The notes: generated by a model not told the origin, from the letters alone. A DNA stretch of 64,000 nt from an uncultured Bacteroidales bacterium (GCA_946407975.1 CAMJQC010000005.1:5526-69525); one strand, 5' to 3'. Shown: positions 34,919 to 44,471, counted from the first letter of the stretch. Translations and numbers: made by a program.

Positions 34919-37528
34919 TTAGAAACGGTTCAGGCATCGATAGCCGAATCCGAATTCCTCTTGCGCTTCTTTCGGAATAAACACAATGCGTTTCGTCACG
35001 CCCGGCTCCAAATCAAAGAAATTATCGGAAAAACGTCCCTCACCTGCTTTCGTATACAACTGCAAGTCTTTGACCAGGACCTCCGACCGCAGGCTAATGA
35101 CGACCTCGCCTTCCTTCGATTCATAATCCACCTGCAGCGACTCCTCAGGCAAATCCAGATCCTTAGGCAAGGCCAGATAGCAGAAACGCTCCGATCTCAC
35201 TGGAGCAATGCTATCGTTTCCTTCAAATTCCAACTTGACATAAACTGAATTCTTCTTTGCCTTCTTCAAGAACTTGTCAAGGCCTTCGACCTTATATCTG
35301 ACGTTCTGGAAATCGGCGACAGCGACATCTAATGCCTTTTCAAAGAGCACATTGCCTTCGAAGTCTTTGACGCTGGCCTTCAAAGTGCCTTCCAGCAACT
35401 CATACACGTCGGAAGTGATGTATATCGAATGGTCTTTGGGGCCCAGAGAGAGCAGCAAGGGCGCATAAAGCGATTTCAGTTTATACTGCATAGCCTTAGG
35501 ACGGCCATAATAGTCGACAGACGACCACGAGACCACCGGCCATGCATCGTTCAACTGCCAATAGAGCGTACCCATGTTATAAGGCTTCGCCGTGCGATGC
35601 GCTTCGATGGCGATCTCCATGCCGTAAGCCTGCGAGAGCTGGCTCATATAGACATAATCCTCGAAATTCTCCGGATATGGATAGTATCTTCGGATAAAGT
35701 CATCGATCTGGCGGGTGCCACGGGCATGCTTCTGATGGGCGGCGATCACCTCGCTGTCCTTGTCCAGTTCCTCACCGTCAGCCATTGTCGTCAAGGACCT
35801 GTAATCGGGATAGGACTGATAGCCGTATTCGCTGTTGAAACGGCCCACTTTATCACGATAAACCTCAAAAGGCAGTTCGCCCCACCATACGCCCCAATAG
35901 TGCACATCGCCTTCGGTCAGGCTCTCTTTCCTGCCCCAGCCTTTTGATGGAGAACTCGGCCAATAGGGTCTCGTGCCATCGCATTCGGCGACCGCTTGAG
36001 GCAAAATAGATTCAAACAAGGTGTCATAACCCGCTTTCATCGCCATATCGTCTTCTTTTGACCAGTCCAAAGACTTTTGCCATCCCCAGTTATAGTAGCC
36101 TTCGGAGATCTCATTGCCTCCGCACCACAATGCCAAGGACGGATGTGATGCCAATCGCTTCACCTGTTGCTCCGCTTCGATTCTGGCATTATCCAGAAAC
36201 ATGGAATCATAAGGATACATTGTGCCGGCATACATGAAGTCTTCCCAGACCAGAAGGCCCATTTCATCGCAGGCGTTGAAAAAAACCTCATTGGGATATA
36301 CGCCACCGCCCCATACGCGCAACATATTGAAATGTGCATCCTTGGCCTGTTGAAGCAACTCAAAGGTATGGCCAGCATCCATCCAGGTCTCTATCATCTC
36401 TTCCGGGACATAGTTGGCGCCTTTGGCATAAATCGGAACGCCGTTCACCATAAAATAGAACTCCCTGCCCTTGGCATCAGGCTGGTCGACCATCTCAAAG
36501 GTCTTGATGCCCGTGCGGATACTGCGTTCATCCGTTATCTCGCCATCGAAATAAAGGCGCAAGGTGAAATCATAAAAGGCCTGCTCGCCCATCTCGTTGG
36601 GCCACCATAGCTTTGGATAATTGATGGAGAACGGAATGGAAACGCTACGGTCTTCAGCCAGCGTATAAGTTTTCTCGGCGTATTTCTCCTCTCCCAGCAA
36701 CAGCTGCAGCGTGACCTGATGTGGCGTCTCTTTATGTTTAGTGCCTAGCAACGAGGCATCCACACGAAGATGAGAACGCAGGTCGGCTAAAAGGCGCAGC
36801 TCGGCACGGTTGCCTTCCACCTTGTCCGTCACCACATTGGCCGACTCGATGCGACCGCCCGAGTATCCCACCAGCTTGACGGGTTTCCAGAGGCCAATGT
36901 TTTTGTACTTCGGCGCCCAGTCCCAGCCGTGCTGATAAGGAGCCTTGCGGCTCATGGCATAACGCTCGGGAAAACGGGGCACAGCCTGTTCATACAACGC
37001 CGACTGAATACTGTCGTAACGAGGGAAGGTGATCTCCAACACATTGTCAATCTCGCGCAACGGATACACCTCCTGCACGATGTCGCGGATGGCCTCGATG
37101 GGCGTCTGCCGCACCGTAGCCATGGGGACCGTCCAGGTGCGGAACATGTTGTCAGCAGAAAAGATCTTCTGTCCATTCAACACCACATCGGCATAGGTGT
37201 CGATGCCTTCGAAAACCAAGTCTATGAATTCGCTGTTCAAGATGTCGCGGTCCACATTGAAGTGAAGGGTGTATTTCCAATTGTGATCGGAGATCCACTG
37301 GTATTGTGCTTCTGCTTGGCCCAGATAGGGGTCTGGAAGCAGTCCGTTCTCCGCCAATTCGCCCTGCACCACCGAAGGCAACATGACCTCGAGGGCGATG
37401 TCAAGCGTATCGCCGGTCAGCTGCCAGCCTTCCGTGAGGTATTGTTCCTTGACATATTGCGTTTCATCAGGTTGACAAGAAATGAAGCCCAACAATAATG
37501 CCAATAGCAGGAAGTACAGTCTCTTCAT
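34919..37528 (-). CDS. Glycoside hydrolase family 2, beta-mannosidase-like
   Basis: 869 aa. Lipoprotein signal LGFISC. Acid/base region LWCGGNE and nucleophile region FNSEYGYQS. Confidence 0.8.
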   Translation of the reverse strand: MKRLYFLLLALLLGFISCQPDETQYVKEQYLTEGWQLTGDTLDIALEVMLPSVVQGELAENGLLPDPYLGQAEAQYQWISDHNWKYTLHFNVDRDILNSEFIDLVFEGIDTYADVVLNGQKIFSADNMFRTWTVPMATVRQTPIEAIRDIVQEVYPLREIDNVLEITFPRYDSIQSALYEQAVPRFPERYAMSRKAPYQHGWDWAPKYKNIGLWKPVKLVGYSGGRIESANVVTDKVEGNRAELRLLADLRSHLRVDASLLGTKHKETPHQVTLQLLLGEEKYAEKTYTLAEDRSVSIPFSINYPKLWWPNEMGEQAFYDFTLRLYFDGEITDERSIRTGIKTFEMVDQPDAKGREFYFMVNGVPIYAKGANYVPEEMIETWMDAGHTFELLQQAKDAHFNMLRVWGGGVYPNEVFFNACDEMGLLVWEDFMYAGTMYPYDSMFLDNARIEAEQQVKRLASHPSLALWCGGNEISEGYYNWGWQKSLDWSKEDDMAMKAGYDTLFESILPQAVAECDGTRPYWPSSPSKGWGRKESLTEGDVHYWGVWWGELPFEVYRDKVGRFNSEYGYQSYPDYRSLTTMADGEELDKDSEVIAAHQKHARGTRQIDDFIRRYYPYPENFEDYVYMSQLSQAYGMEIAIEAHRTAKPYNMGTLYWQLNDAWPVVSWSSVDYYGRPKAMQYKLKSLYAPLLLSLGPKDHSIYITSDVYELLEGTLKASVKDFEGNVLFEKALDVAVADFQNVRYKVEGLDKFLKKAKKNSVYVKLEFEGNDSIAPVRSERFCYLALPKDLDLPEESLQVDYESKEGEVVISLRSEVLVKDLQLYTKAGEGRFSDNFFDLEPGVTKRIVFIPKEAQEEFGFGYRCLNRF

Positions 37529-37564
37529 AGAAAAGTGTTTTTCGTTATGGATTTGAATCTAAAA

Positions 37565-38299
37565 TCAGAAGGGGTTCAGCATCTTCTGCATCTCGAGTAT
37601 CAGCTCGTAGTTCGACTCGGTCCACACCATCTGGGCACCCGTGTTGTCCATTTGTTTGGGATAGAGTTTCTCGTTGAAGCGAGGCACCCAATGCGCCAAG
37701 GAAGCATGACAGTGTTTCACCCCCGTCATGTTGACGATGTCCTTCACATTGCTCAGATTGATGCCACCGCCAGGCATGATGCCGATTTTGTCGCCATAGC
37801 GCAGCTGCATCTCCGCAATCATCGGGACGCCTTCCAATGCAGTGGGCTTACCGCCCGAGGTGAGGACCTTGTCAAAACCGAGAGCTATCAGTTGCTCTAC
37901 AGCATCGAAAGGCTTCACACAGGCGTCGATGGCGCGGTGGAAGGTGAACTTCATCCCCTCGCCTGCCTCCATCAGGGCCTTCAGCGTATCCACGTCAAGC
38001 AGGCCTTCGTCGTTGAGCGCTCCGATGACGACTCCTTCGAATCCCAGTTTCTTGCAAAGCATGATATCGGTCTTCATCAACTCCACCTCTTCCTCGTCGT
38101 AAATGTAGTTGCCCGGCCGCGGACGGATCAGCACACGCATGGGGATAAACGAAATGTCGATGGCCTTGGCCAAGGTCCCGAACGATGGCGTCAAGCCTCC
38201 CACTTCAAGGGCTTCGCACAGTTCTACGCACTGGGCGCAGCCGTCCATTGCGTTTCTCAACGACTTAATGCCGTTGGCACAGATTTCCAAACGTATCAT
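37565..38299 (-). CDS. cutC: Copper homeostasis protein CutC
   Basis: 244 aa. MIRLEICANGI... and TFHRAID, a TIM-barrel CutC pattern. Confidence 0.85.
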   Translation of the reverse strand: MIRLEICANGIKSLRNAMDGCAQCVELCEALEVGGLTPSFGTLAKAIDISFIPMRVLIRPRPGNYIYDEEEVELMKTDIMLCKKLGFEGVVIGALNDEGLLDVDTLKALMEAGEGMKFTFHRAIDACVKPFDAVEQLIALGFDKVLTSGGKPTALEGVPMIAEMQLRYGDKIGIMPGGGINLSNVKDIVNMTGVKHCHASLAHWVPRFNEKLYPKQMDNTGAQMVWTESNYELILEMQKMLNPF

Positions 38300-38316
38300 A
38301 TTTATAAAATTTGGGA

Positions 38317-38324
38317 CAAAGGTA
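38317..38324 (-). promoter_or_regulatory. -7 box TACCTTTG upstream of cutC
   Basis: Exact TAnnTTTG match on the minus strand, 17 nt before ATG 38299. Confidence 0.5.
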
Positions 38325-38492
38325 AGAAAAAATGAGGTGTTCCTTTGAGGTAAGCTTTACAAGTTATTGTTTTAGTTTGATTTTTACCAAACACAATCCA
38401 TATCGTTCCTATTTTTCAAATCAAAGGAATAAAACAAAACATTTGCAGGTTTACTAAACCTCGTCCCTTTTCCAAAAAACATAAAATATTCC

Positions 38493-38500
38493 TACCTTTG
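38493..38500 (+). promoter_or_regulatory. -7 box TACCTTTG upstream of mutS2
   Basis: Exact TAnnTTTG match, 18 nt before ATG 38519. Confidence 0.5.
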
Positions 38501-38518
38501 CACCCTAAATTCCACAGG

Positions 38519-40909
38519 ATGATCTATCCTCGTAACTTTGAACAGAAAATCGGCTTTAGCGGCATCCGTCAAATGATGACGGCACATTGCATCAGTGCGA
38601 TGGGACTCGAGAAGGCCCAGGCCATGTCGTTTTCGAGCGACAAGACCATCATCGTCAAGAGCCTCGAGCAGACCGACGAATTCATCCGTCTGCTCCAACA
38701 AGGCGTGCCCTTCCCTATGCACGACTTTCACGACCTCCGCGAAGCCTTCCATCAGATCCAGATTGAAGGCACCTGCCTCAGCGTCGAGGACCTTTTCGCC
38801 CTGAAACCGTCGCTCAACGTGGTGGAAGCCGTCCTGCGCTTCGGCCACTCCGAAAACGCCGAAGGCTTTCCGCAACTCAAAGCACTGATAGAGGATCTAT
38901 ATATCGAGCGTAAAATCTTTACCGAGGCCAACCGCCTCGTTGACGACAAAGGCGAGATCCCCGACAACGCCTCTGAAGAACTGATGGACATCCGCCAGCA
39001 GATCCGTCGCAAGCAAGGCGGCATAGAGCATCGCATCCGTCGTATCATGGCCGATGCCAAGACGGCAGGTTGGGTCGACCCGAAATCGGAGATCACCATA
39101 CGCGACGGACGCATGGTCATCCCTATCAAAGCCGCCGACAAGCGGGCCATCCGAGGCTTTATCCACGATGAATCGGCCACCGGACAAACCGTCTACATTG
39201 AACCTGCAGAGATTTTCGAGACCTCTAACGAGATCAAAGAACTGGAATATGCCGAGAAGCGCGAGATCCACCGCATCCTGCTGGCGTTCACGAAGCTGAT
39301 CCGACCTTATCTCACCGAGTTGCGTAAAGCCTGGGACCTATTGGGCGAACTGGACTTCATCCGTGCCAAAGCCTTGCTGGCGCAAGAGCTGAATGCGACG
39401 AAACCCGCCATAAAGGAAACCGCCTGTTGCAACTGGCTTCAGGCTCGCCACCCGCTGCTGGAACAAAAACTCAAGCAACAAGGCAAACAGATCGTTCCTC
39501 TCGACCTCAAGCTGGACGAAGACAACCGCATCCTCGTCATCTCTGGTCCTAACGCCGGCGGTAAATCTGTCTGCCTGAAGACCACCGGACTCATCCAGTA
39601 CATGTTACAATGCGGGCTGATGGTGCCTATGCGCGTTGACTCGGAATGCGGGCTGTTTAAAAACCTCTTTATCGACATCGGCGATGAGCAGTCTTTGGAG
39701 AACGACCTCTCCACCTACAGCTCGCACCTGCTCAACATGAAAGTCTTCATGGAGCATGCCGACGCGCAAAGCCTTTTCCTCATCGACGAGTTCGGCACAG
39801 GTACAGAACCCCAGTTGGGCGGTGCCATCGCAGAGGCTGTCCTCCTGGACCTCAACAAGAAAAAGGCCTTCGGAATGGTCACCACCCACTACGCCAACCT
39901 GAAACTACTCGCCGACAGCAACGAAGGCATCGTCAACGGCGCCATGCTCTTCGACATCAAGTACATGCAGCCCATGTACATCATGACCACCGGAAAACCT
40001 GGCAGTTCCTTTGCTTTCGAGATCGCCAAGAAGATCGGGTTCCCAAAACAAATTCTGGAAGACGCCCAGAACATCACTGGCGACCAGCACATCAAGTTTG
40101 AAAAGCAGCTGCAACAACTCGAAGTCGACAAGAAAGCCCTTCGAAAGAAAGAACAGGACCTGCGCATCGCTGACAGTCTGCTCAGCGAGGTCGTGACCAA
40201 ATACAAAAACCTGCTGACGGAACTGGAAAGCAAGAAGAAACAATATCTCCGCGATGCCGCCACAGAGGCCCAAGAACTGATTCAAAAAGCCAACAGTCAA
40301 ATCGAGCGCACCATCAGGGAAATCAAAGAGGCGAAAGCTGAAAAAGAAAAGACCAAAGAAGTGCGCCAACAACTCGAAGACACCAGGCGGGAGATTGCGC
40401 AAAAAGCCAAAGAGCTGGCCGAAGCCAAAAAGAAAGAAGAAGACGCCGAGACGCTCAAGGTTGGCGACACCGTCTGCATCGACGAGATGCAAGTGGTGGG
40501 CATCGTGCAGACCATCAGCGACACCGATGCCACCATCCTCTTCGACAGCATCAGGCTGCGCACCAGCCCCGAGAAACTCCGTAAAGTGACCCGTGCCGAG
40601 GGACGTAAGGCATTGAAACGCTGGCAGTCGGGCATCACCGAAGACCTCAGCGAGAAAGCCAAGCACTTCGAGCTCACCCTCGACATCCGCGGGCATCGTG
40701 CCGAAGAGGCGCTCGACATCGTCGACAAATACCTTGACGAAGCCAAACTCCTTAGTATAAAAGAGGTGAGTATCCTGCACGGCAAGGGCAACGGCATCCT
40801 CCGCAAGCTCATCCGCGAGAAGCTCAGCCACATGCACGACATAGAGCGTTTCGAAGACGCCTCGTTGGAGACAGGCGGGACCGGGATTACGCGAGTGTAT
40901 TTCCGTTAA
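38519..40909 (+). CDS. mutS2: Endonuclease MutS2 (MutS-family ATPase with C-terminal Smr domain)
   Basis: The ORF track start 38498 is the TTG inside the -7 box TACCTTTG. ATG 38519 gives MIYPRNFEQKIGF. Motifs: GPNAGGKS, DEFGTGTEP, and Smr LDIRGHRAEEAL ... ILHGKGNGILR. Confidence 0.9.
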   Translation: MIYPRNFEQKIGFSGIRQMMTAHCISAMGLEKAQAMSFSSDKTIIVKSLEQTDEFIRLLQQGVPFPMHDFHDLREAFHQIQIEGTCLSVEDLFALKPSLNVVEAVLRFGHSENAEGFPQLKALIEDLYIERKIFTEANRLVDDKGEIPDNASEELMDIRQQIRRKQGGIEHRIRRIMADAKTAGWVDPKSEITIRDGRMVIPIKAADKRAIRGFIHDESATGQTVYIEPAEIFETSNEIKELEYAEKREIHRILLAFTKLIRPYLTELRKAWDLLGELDFIRAKALLAQELNATKPAIKETACCNWLQARHPLLEQKLKQQGKQIVPLDLKLDEDNRILVISGPNAGGKSVCLKTTGLIQYMLQCGLMVPMRVDSECGLFKNLFIDIGDEQSLENDLSTYSSHLLNMKVFMEHADAQSLFLIDEFGTGTEPQLGGAIAEAVLLDLNKKKAFGMVTTHYANLKLLADSNEGIVNGAMLFDIKYMQPMYIMTTGKPGSSFAFEIAKKIGFPKQILEDAQNITGDQHIKFEKQLQQLEVDKKALRKKEQDLRIADSLLSEVVTKYKNLLTELESKKKQYLRDAATEAQELIQKANSQIERTIREIKEAKAEKEKTKEVRQQLEDTRREIAQKAKELAEAKKKEEDAETLKVGDTVCIDEMQVVGIVQTISDTDATILFDSIRLRTSPEKLRKVTRAEGRKALKRWQSGITEDLSEKAKHFELTLDIRGHRAEEALDIVDKYLDEAKLLSIKEVSILHGKGNGILRKLIREKLSHMHDIERFEDASLETGGTGITRVYFR

Positions 40910-40916
40910 ATATCAA

Positions 40917-40945
40917 CAAAAAAAGGAGCCTTCCGGCTCCTTTTT
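40917..40945. terminator. Bidirectional terminator between mutS2 and the YeaQ-family gene
   Basis: AAAAAAAA GGAGCC TTCC GGCTCC TTTTT. The A-run and T-run flank a GC stem. Confidence 0.65.
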
Positions 40946-40968
40946 CCATTCATACCTTGCTAGTCTGT

Positions 40969-41211
40969 TTATTTCTTCTTGAACAAAGAAACAATCCAAA
41001 GCAAGACGACAGCGCCGACAACGGCAACAAGAAGCTGACCGATGAGGCCGCCAGTGGTGTTGATGCCGAGCAGGCCGAAGAGCCAGCCACCCAGAAGACC
41101 ACCGACAAGACCAACCAGGATCTCAATCAGGAGACCCATTCCGACGTTCATGATTTTGCCGCCCAGCCATCCGGCCAAAGCGCCAATGAGTAAGGAAAGT
41201 AATATACCCAT
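40969..41211 (-). CDS. YeaQ/YmgE (transglycosylase-associated) family small membrane protein
   Basis: 80 aa. Gly-rich TM helices GALAGWLGGKIM ... GGLIGQLLVAVVGAVVLL. Confidence 0.75.
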   Translation of the reverse strand: MGILLSLLIGALAGWLGGKIMNVGMGLLIEILVGLVGGLLGGWLFGLLGINTTGGLIGQLLVAVVGAVVLLWIVSLFKKK

Positions 41212-41246
41212 AATGTTAAAATTTAAATAGGTTAGTGTTTATCCAG

Positions 41247-41870
41247 TTATAGTCCTTTCGTCTTTTTCATATCGTCAAGTTCCGCATTCTGCTGATCAAT
41301 ATAGTCAAGGATTTCCTCTCTCCCCACTTTCTTTTCAGAAGAAGTGATGAAGATAGGAGGCAGTTCCTCCCAGTCTTCCAGCAGGCGTTTCTTATAAGCA
41401 TCAAGGTTGGCCTCCAACTCCGACTTGTTGAGCTTGTCCGTCTTGGTGAAAACAATAGCAAACGGTATGTTGTTCTCGCCAAGCCATTCCATAAAACCGA
41501 GGTCGCTGTTCTGCGGCTCGATGCGCGAGTCAATCAGCACAAAAGTGGTGACCAGATTACGGCGGCGCGAAATGTAACTGTTAAGCATCATGCGCCATTC
41601 CTCACGGGTCTTCTTCGAACGTCGTGCATAGCCATAACCGGGCAAGTCGACCAGATACCAATTGTCATTTACCACAAAGTGGTTGATCGTGATGGTCTTG
41701 CCTGGGGTCGAAGAAGTCTTAGCCAGTCCGTTGCGTTGCACCAGCATATTGATCAGCGACGACTTGCCCACATTGGAGCGCCCGATGAAGGCATACTCTG
41801 GCATGTTGTCTTTCGGCAACCTGTCGATACGGGTGTTGCTGCAGAGGAAGTATACCTTGTTGATGTTCAT
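41247..41870 (-). CDS. engB: Ribosome biogenesis GTP-binding protein YihA/YsxC (EngB)
   Basis: 207 aa. Motifs GRSNVGKSSLIN, DLPGYGYA, TKTDK. ATGA overlap with the upstream GNAT gene. Confidence 0.9.
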   Translation of the reverse strand: MNINKVYFLCSNTRIDRLPKDNMPEYAFIGRSNVGKSSLINMLVQRNGLAKTSSTPGKTITINHFVVNDNWYLVDLPGYGYARRSKKTREEWRMMLNSYISRRRNLVTTFVLIDSRIEPQNSDLGFMEWLGENNIPFAIVFTKTDKLNKSELEANLDAYKKRLLEDWEELPPIFITSSEKKVGREEILDYIDQQNAELDDMKKTKGL

Positions 41871-42832
41871 TTCAGATGCTCGGGCTTTTCGTTTTTATCG
41901 TAGGTCATGTGGCGTATCGCCTTTTCCTCATAGATGTCTCCAATGGTGACAAGTATGCCTGTCTCTTCCACGTTGCCAAAAGGAGCGTTCAGTGCAGTCC
42001 CAAAGGTACGCATTGTGGCTGAAAGGTTCATATAAGCGTTGACCAGAGGTGGCACAGCAGCGCCACGATCGCGGACATTCTTCACTAAAATCTTAAAGTC
42101 ATCACGGTAGGTCTCGCCAACGAATATCGACTCCAGTTCTTTTTCGTCCATCAAGATGGGCAGATTAAGCTCGGGACGGGGACGCACCAGTTCATCCGGA
42201 TCAGGGAAGTGTTTCTTCCAAAAATACAGGATCATATCGCGTGACTCCCGCTCCAGATGAGGATACATCGTCACTTTGCCAAAGTAGTATTTGGCGGTCG
42301 GATAGAGATCTTTCAGCGACCCCAAGCCATCCCACAAGTTATCGAGAGAGTAAATGCCTTTCGACAGACTCTTGGCCGGCTGATAATCAGGTTGGACAAA
42401 AGAGCGGCCCAACTCAATGGTATAGGGCAAATACTCCTTGACGAACTTCTCGGAATAATGGAACAGCTCCGATGTCGGGGTGTTCACCTGTCCCTCTGCA
42501 TCGACGGGAAGATGGTCACAAAGCAGGAAACGATACCCCCCGACGATGGCCTTGTCGACCGGGTTCCAGACGATGAGCTGCTGGAAATAATTCTCTTCGC
42601 AGACATCAAATTCGTCCAGGTCACAGTCAAGGCCCGTTCCACCGCCTGAGTCGCGGAAGCTGATTTCGCGAAGACGGCCTATTTCTTTCATGATGGCAGG
42701 CGAATTCAAGTAGTTGACGATATAAATCTCGTTACCACCGTTATTCGTCTTACGGAAAAACCTCTCTTCCGTCAGTTCTGCCATGATAGCGTCAACCGGT
42801 ATAGGATCGATAACGTTTTTCATATTGTTCAT
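41867..42832 (-). CDS. GNAT-fold N-acyltransferase (OlsB/GlsB-like, hemolysin-type)
   Basis: 321 aa. Acyl-CoA N-acyltransferase pattern. ATGA-coupled to the upstream lysophospholipid-type acyltransferase. Pathway assignment is by analogy. Confidence 0.6.
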   Translation of the reverse strand: MNNMKNVIDPIPVDAIMAELTEERFFRKTNNGGNEIYIVNYLNSPAIMKEIGRLREISFRDSGGGTGLDCDLDEFDVCEENYFQQLIVWNPVDKAIVGGYRFLLCDHLPVDAEGQVNTPTSELFHYSEKFVKEYLPYTIELGRSFVQPDYQPAKSLSKGIYSLDNLWDGLGSLKDLYPTAKYYFGKVTMYPHLERESRDMILYFWKKHFPDPDELVRPRPELNLPILMDEKELESIFVGETYRDDFKILVKNVRDRGAAVPPLVNAYMNLSATMRTFGTALNAPFGNVEETGILVTIGDIYEEKAIRHMTYDKNEKPEHLK

Positions 42833-43704
42833 ATTTGATATTCTTGATCAGGATTAAAAACCGCATTTCCGTCTTCGCCCAGGTTGTACGAAAAGGCACG
42901 AAGCTTCTCGGCCCACTGCGCATCCGTAAAGCGTTTGTCGAAGACCTCATACGAGATGGGCTTCCCAAAAGTAATGGTCAGCGTCTTGTTACGTTGCTTG
43001 AAGAACTCATTCACAAGAAAAGCCATCTCAATGTTCACCTTGATACCTAGCTTCTTACGCAAGCGTGCCAGGTTATAAAAGAAATTGGAATTGCGTCCGT
43101 CGATATGGGTTGGAATGATGTCGCGACGGAACTCTTTTGATTTTGAAATGAAGGCTTTTTTCCATTCCAAGTCCATGATTTTTCCACCGCTCGTTTTACG
43201 CGAACACAACCCAAAAGGAAAATAGCATATGGCTTTCTCGCTCTCGAAGGTCTCGTTGAAAAGGCGCAGGTTTTCCGCCCTATTGGATACAGAGCTTCCC
43301 ACTTTATTCACGGGGATAAAGATAGGCTGCAGGTTTTTGACAAACATCAAAAAGTCATTCACCGGCGTAACCACATCTTTGCGTTGGCCACCGACTGTGC
43401 CAATGAGAGCAATGCCATCGAGACCGCCCAAAGGATGATTGGAAGCGACAAGGATACGGTCGGACTCCATTAAGTGTTCCAATCCATGTGTGACGATATT
43501 CAAGTTGAAATCCTTGATGACCGCCTGGACAAAATCAACGCCTTCCAAGTCGTGATAATCCGTCAGGATACGGTTGATATCGTCCTCATGCAGCAGCTTC
43601 TGAATCCTTCGGAAAAGCCAGTTCGGCATGTGTTTCATCAACTTAGGCACTTTCGCCGTGAAGACTTTCCTAAGGTCAATCGTGTTATCCAATGCTTTTT
43701 CCAT
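42829..43704 (-). CDS. Lysophospholipid (PlsC/OlsA/GlsA-like) O-acyltransferase
   Basis: The ORF track start 43731 is the TTG inside the -7 box TACTTTTG. ATG 43704 gives MEKALDN. HX4D motif SNHPLGGLDG and FPFGLCSR. Confidence 0.7.
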   Translation of the reverse strand: MEKALDNTIDLRKVFTAKVPKLMKHMPNWLFRRIQKLLHEDDINRILTDYHDLEGVDFVQAVIKDFNLNIVTHGLEHLMESDRILVASNHPLGGLDGIALIGTVGGQRKDVVTPVNDFLMFVKNLQPIFIPVNKVGSSVSNRAENLRLFNETFESEKAICYFPFGLCSRKTSGGKIMDLEWKKAFISKSKEFRRDIIPTHIDGRNSNFFYNLARLRKKLGIKVNIEMAFLVNEFFKQRNKTLTITFGKPISYEVFDKRFTDAQWAEKLRAFSYNLGEDGNAVFNPDQEYQI

Positions 43705-43728
43705 AAGCGCAGAATACGTATTTAAAGG

Positions 43729-43736
43729 CAAAAGTA
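43729..43736 (-). promoter_or_regulatory. -7 box TACTTTTG upstream of the acyltransferase / GNAT / engB operon
   Basis: Exact TAnnTTTG match on the minus strand, 24 nt before ATG 43704. Confidence 0.5.
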
Positions 43737-43937
43737 GGAAAAAAGTATATACTTTTTAAGAAAAAGGAGAAAATATTGATTTCCTTTTGAGAAAAACCAA
43801 TGCTGCAAATGCGATTTTTTCAGAGATCCTAATGGGAACAAAATGAGCTTCTTTTTACCACTTTATAAATGGCATATTTATTTGATTTACAAATAATTCA
43901 CATTGATTGTTGAAAACTTTTTATAGCAATCGGCTCA

Positions 43938-43985
43938 AAAAGTGGAAAAAAATAGAACAAAGTGGGAGAAAATGCAGTAATTTTA
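43938..43985 (+). promoter_or_regulatory. dcw promoter region: two direct AAAGTGG(G/A) boxes (candidate MraZ operator) plus imperfect -7 box TAATTTTA
   Basis: AAAGTGGA at 43938-43945 and AAAGTGGG at 43959-43966, about 20 nt apart. TAATTTTA at 43978-43985, 26 nt before the mraZ ATG. An inverted copy, CCACTTT, lies at 43858-43864. Confidence 0.4.
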
Positions 43986-44011
43986 CACCCTGAAATAAAT
44001 CAAGGACAGAA

Positions 44012-44461
44012 ATGAGTTATCCAGTAGGACATTTCAACTGCAAGCTTGACGCAAAAGGACGTCTGATGATACCTGCCGAGTTCAAGGAACAGCTTGGCGA
44101 GCAGGCAGATGAGGGCTTCGTGATGCGTCCAGGACTTTTCCACAAGTGCCTTGAGTTGTACACCCGGAAAGACTGGGATGAAGTGCAGGACAAATTGCGT
44201 GCTTCATTGAATCCCTTCGATCCGCAGCATGACGCCGTATTCAGAAAATACAACGCCGGCGCCCGTTTCGCCAAACTCGATGCGAGTGGCAGACTGCAGA
44301 TTCCAAAGGACCTCATCGAAAGAGGCGCCCTCGAAAAAGAGATCATCATCTCCTCCGTCACTACCAAGATGGAAATCTGGGATAAAGACCTGTACAACAA
44401 AGCTGCTGAAGAACTCCCGGAAGACGTTTACTTCCAGATTTTGAGAGAGCAAATCAAATAA
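44012..44461 (+). CDS. mraZ: Transcriptional regulator MraZ
   Basis: 149 aa. Two DxxxR repeats: DAKGRLMIP and DASGRLQIP. Confidence 0.95.
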   Translation: MSYPVGHFNCKLDAKGRLMIPAEFKEQLGEQADEGFVMRPGLFHKCLELYTRKDWDEVQDKLRASLNPFDPQHDAVFRKYNAGARFAKLDASGRLQIPKDLIERGALEKEIIISSVTTKMEIWDKDLYNKAAEELPEDVYFQILREQIK

Positions 44462-44471
44462 AAAGTGAGCC

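Noticed and set aside
33363-37528. ECF sigma / anti-sigma next to a GH2 beta-mannosidase as a possible polysaccharide utilisation locus
   Set aside because: There is no SusC/SusD-like pair, and the glycosidase is convergent rather than co-transcribed. This looks like adjacency only.
37535-38335. 266-aa + strand ORF overlapping cutC
   Set aside because: It is antisense to cutC. The cutC frame has the conserved N-terminus and its own -7 box.
39905-40837. 310-aa and 181-aa minus-strand ORFs inside mutS2
   Set aside because: They are antisense or alternative frames of the Lys/Glu-rich coiled-coil part of MutS2, and are low complexity.
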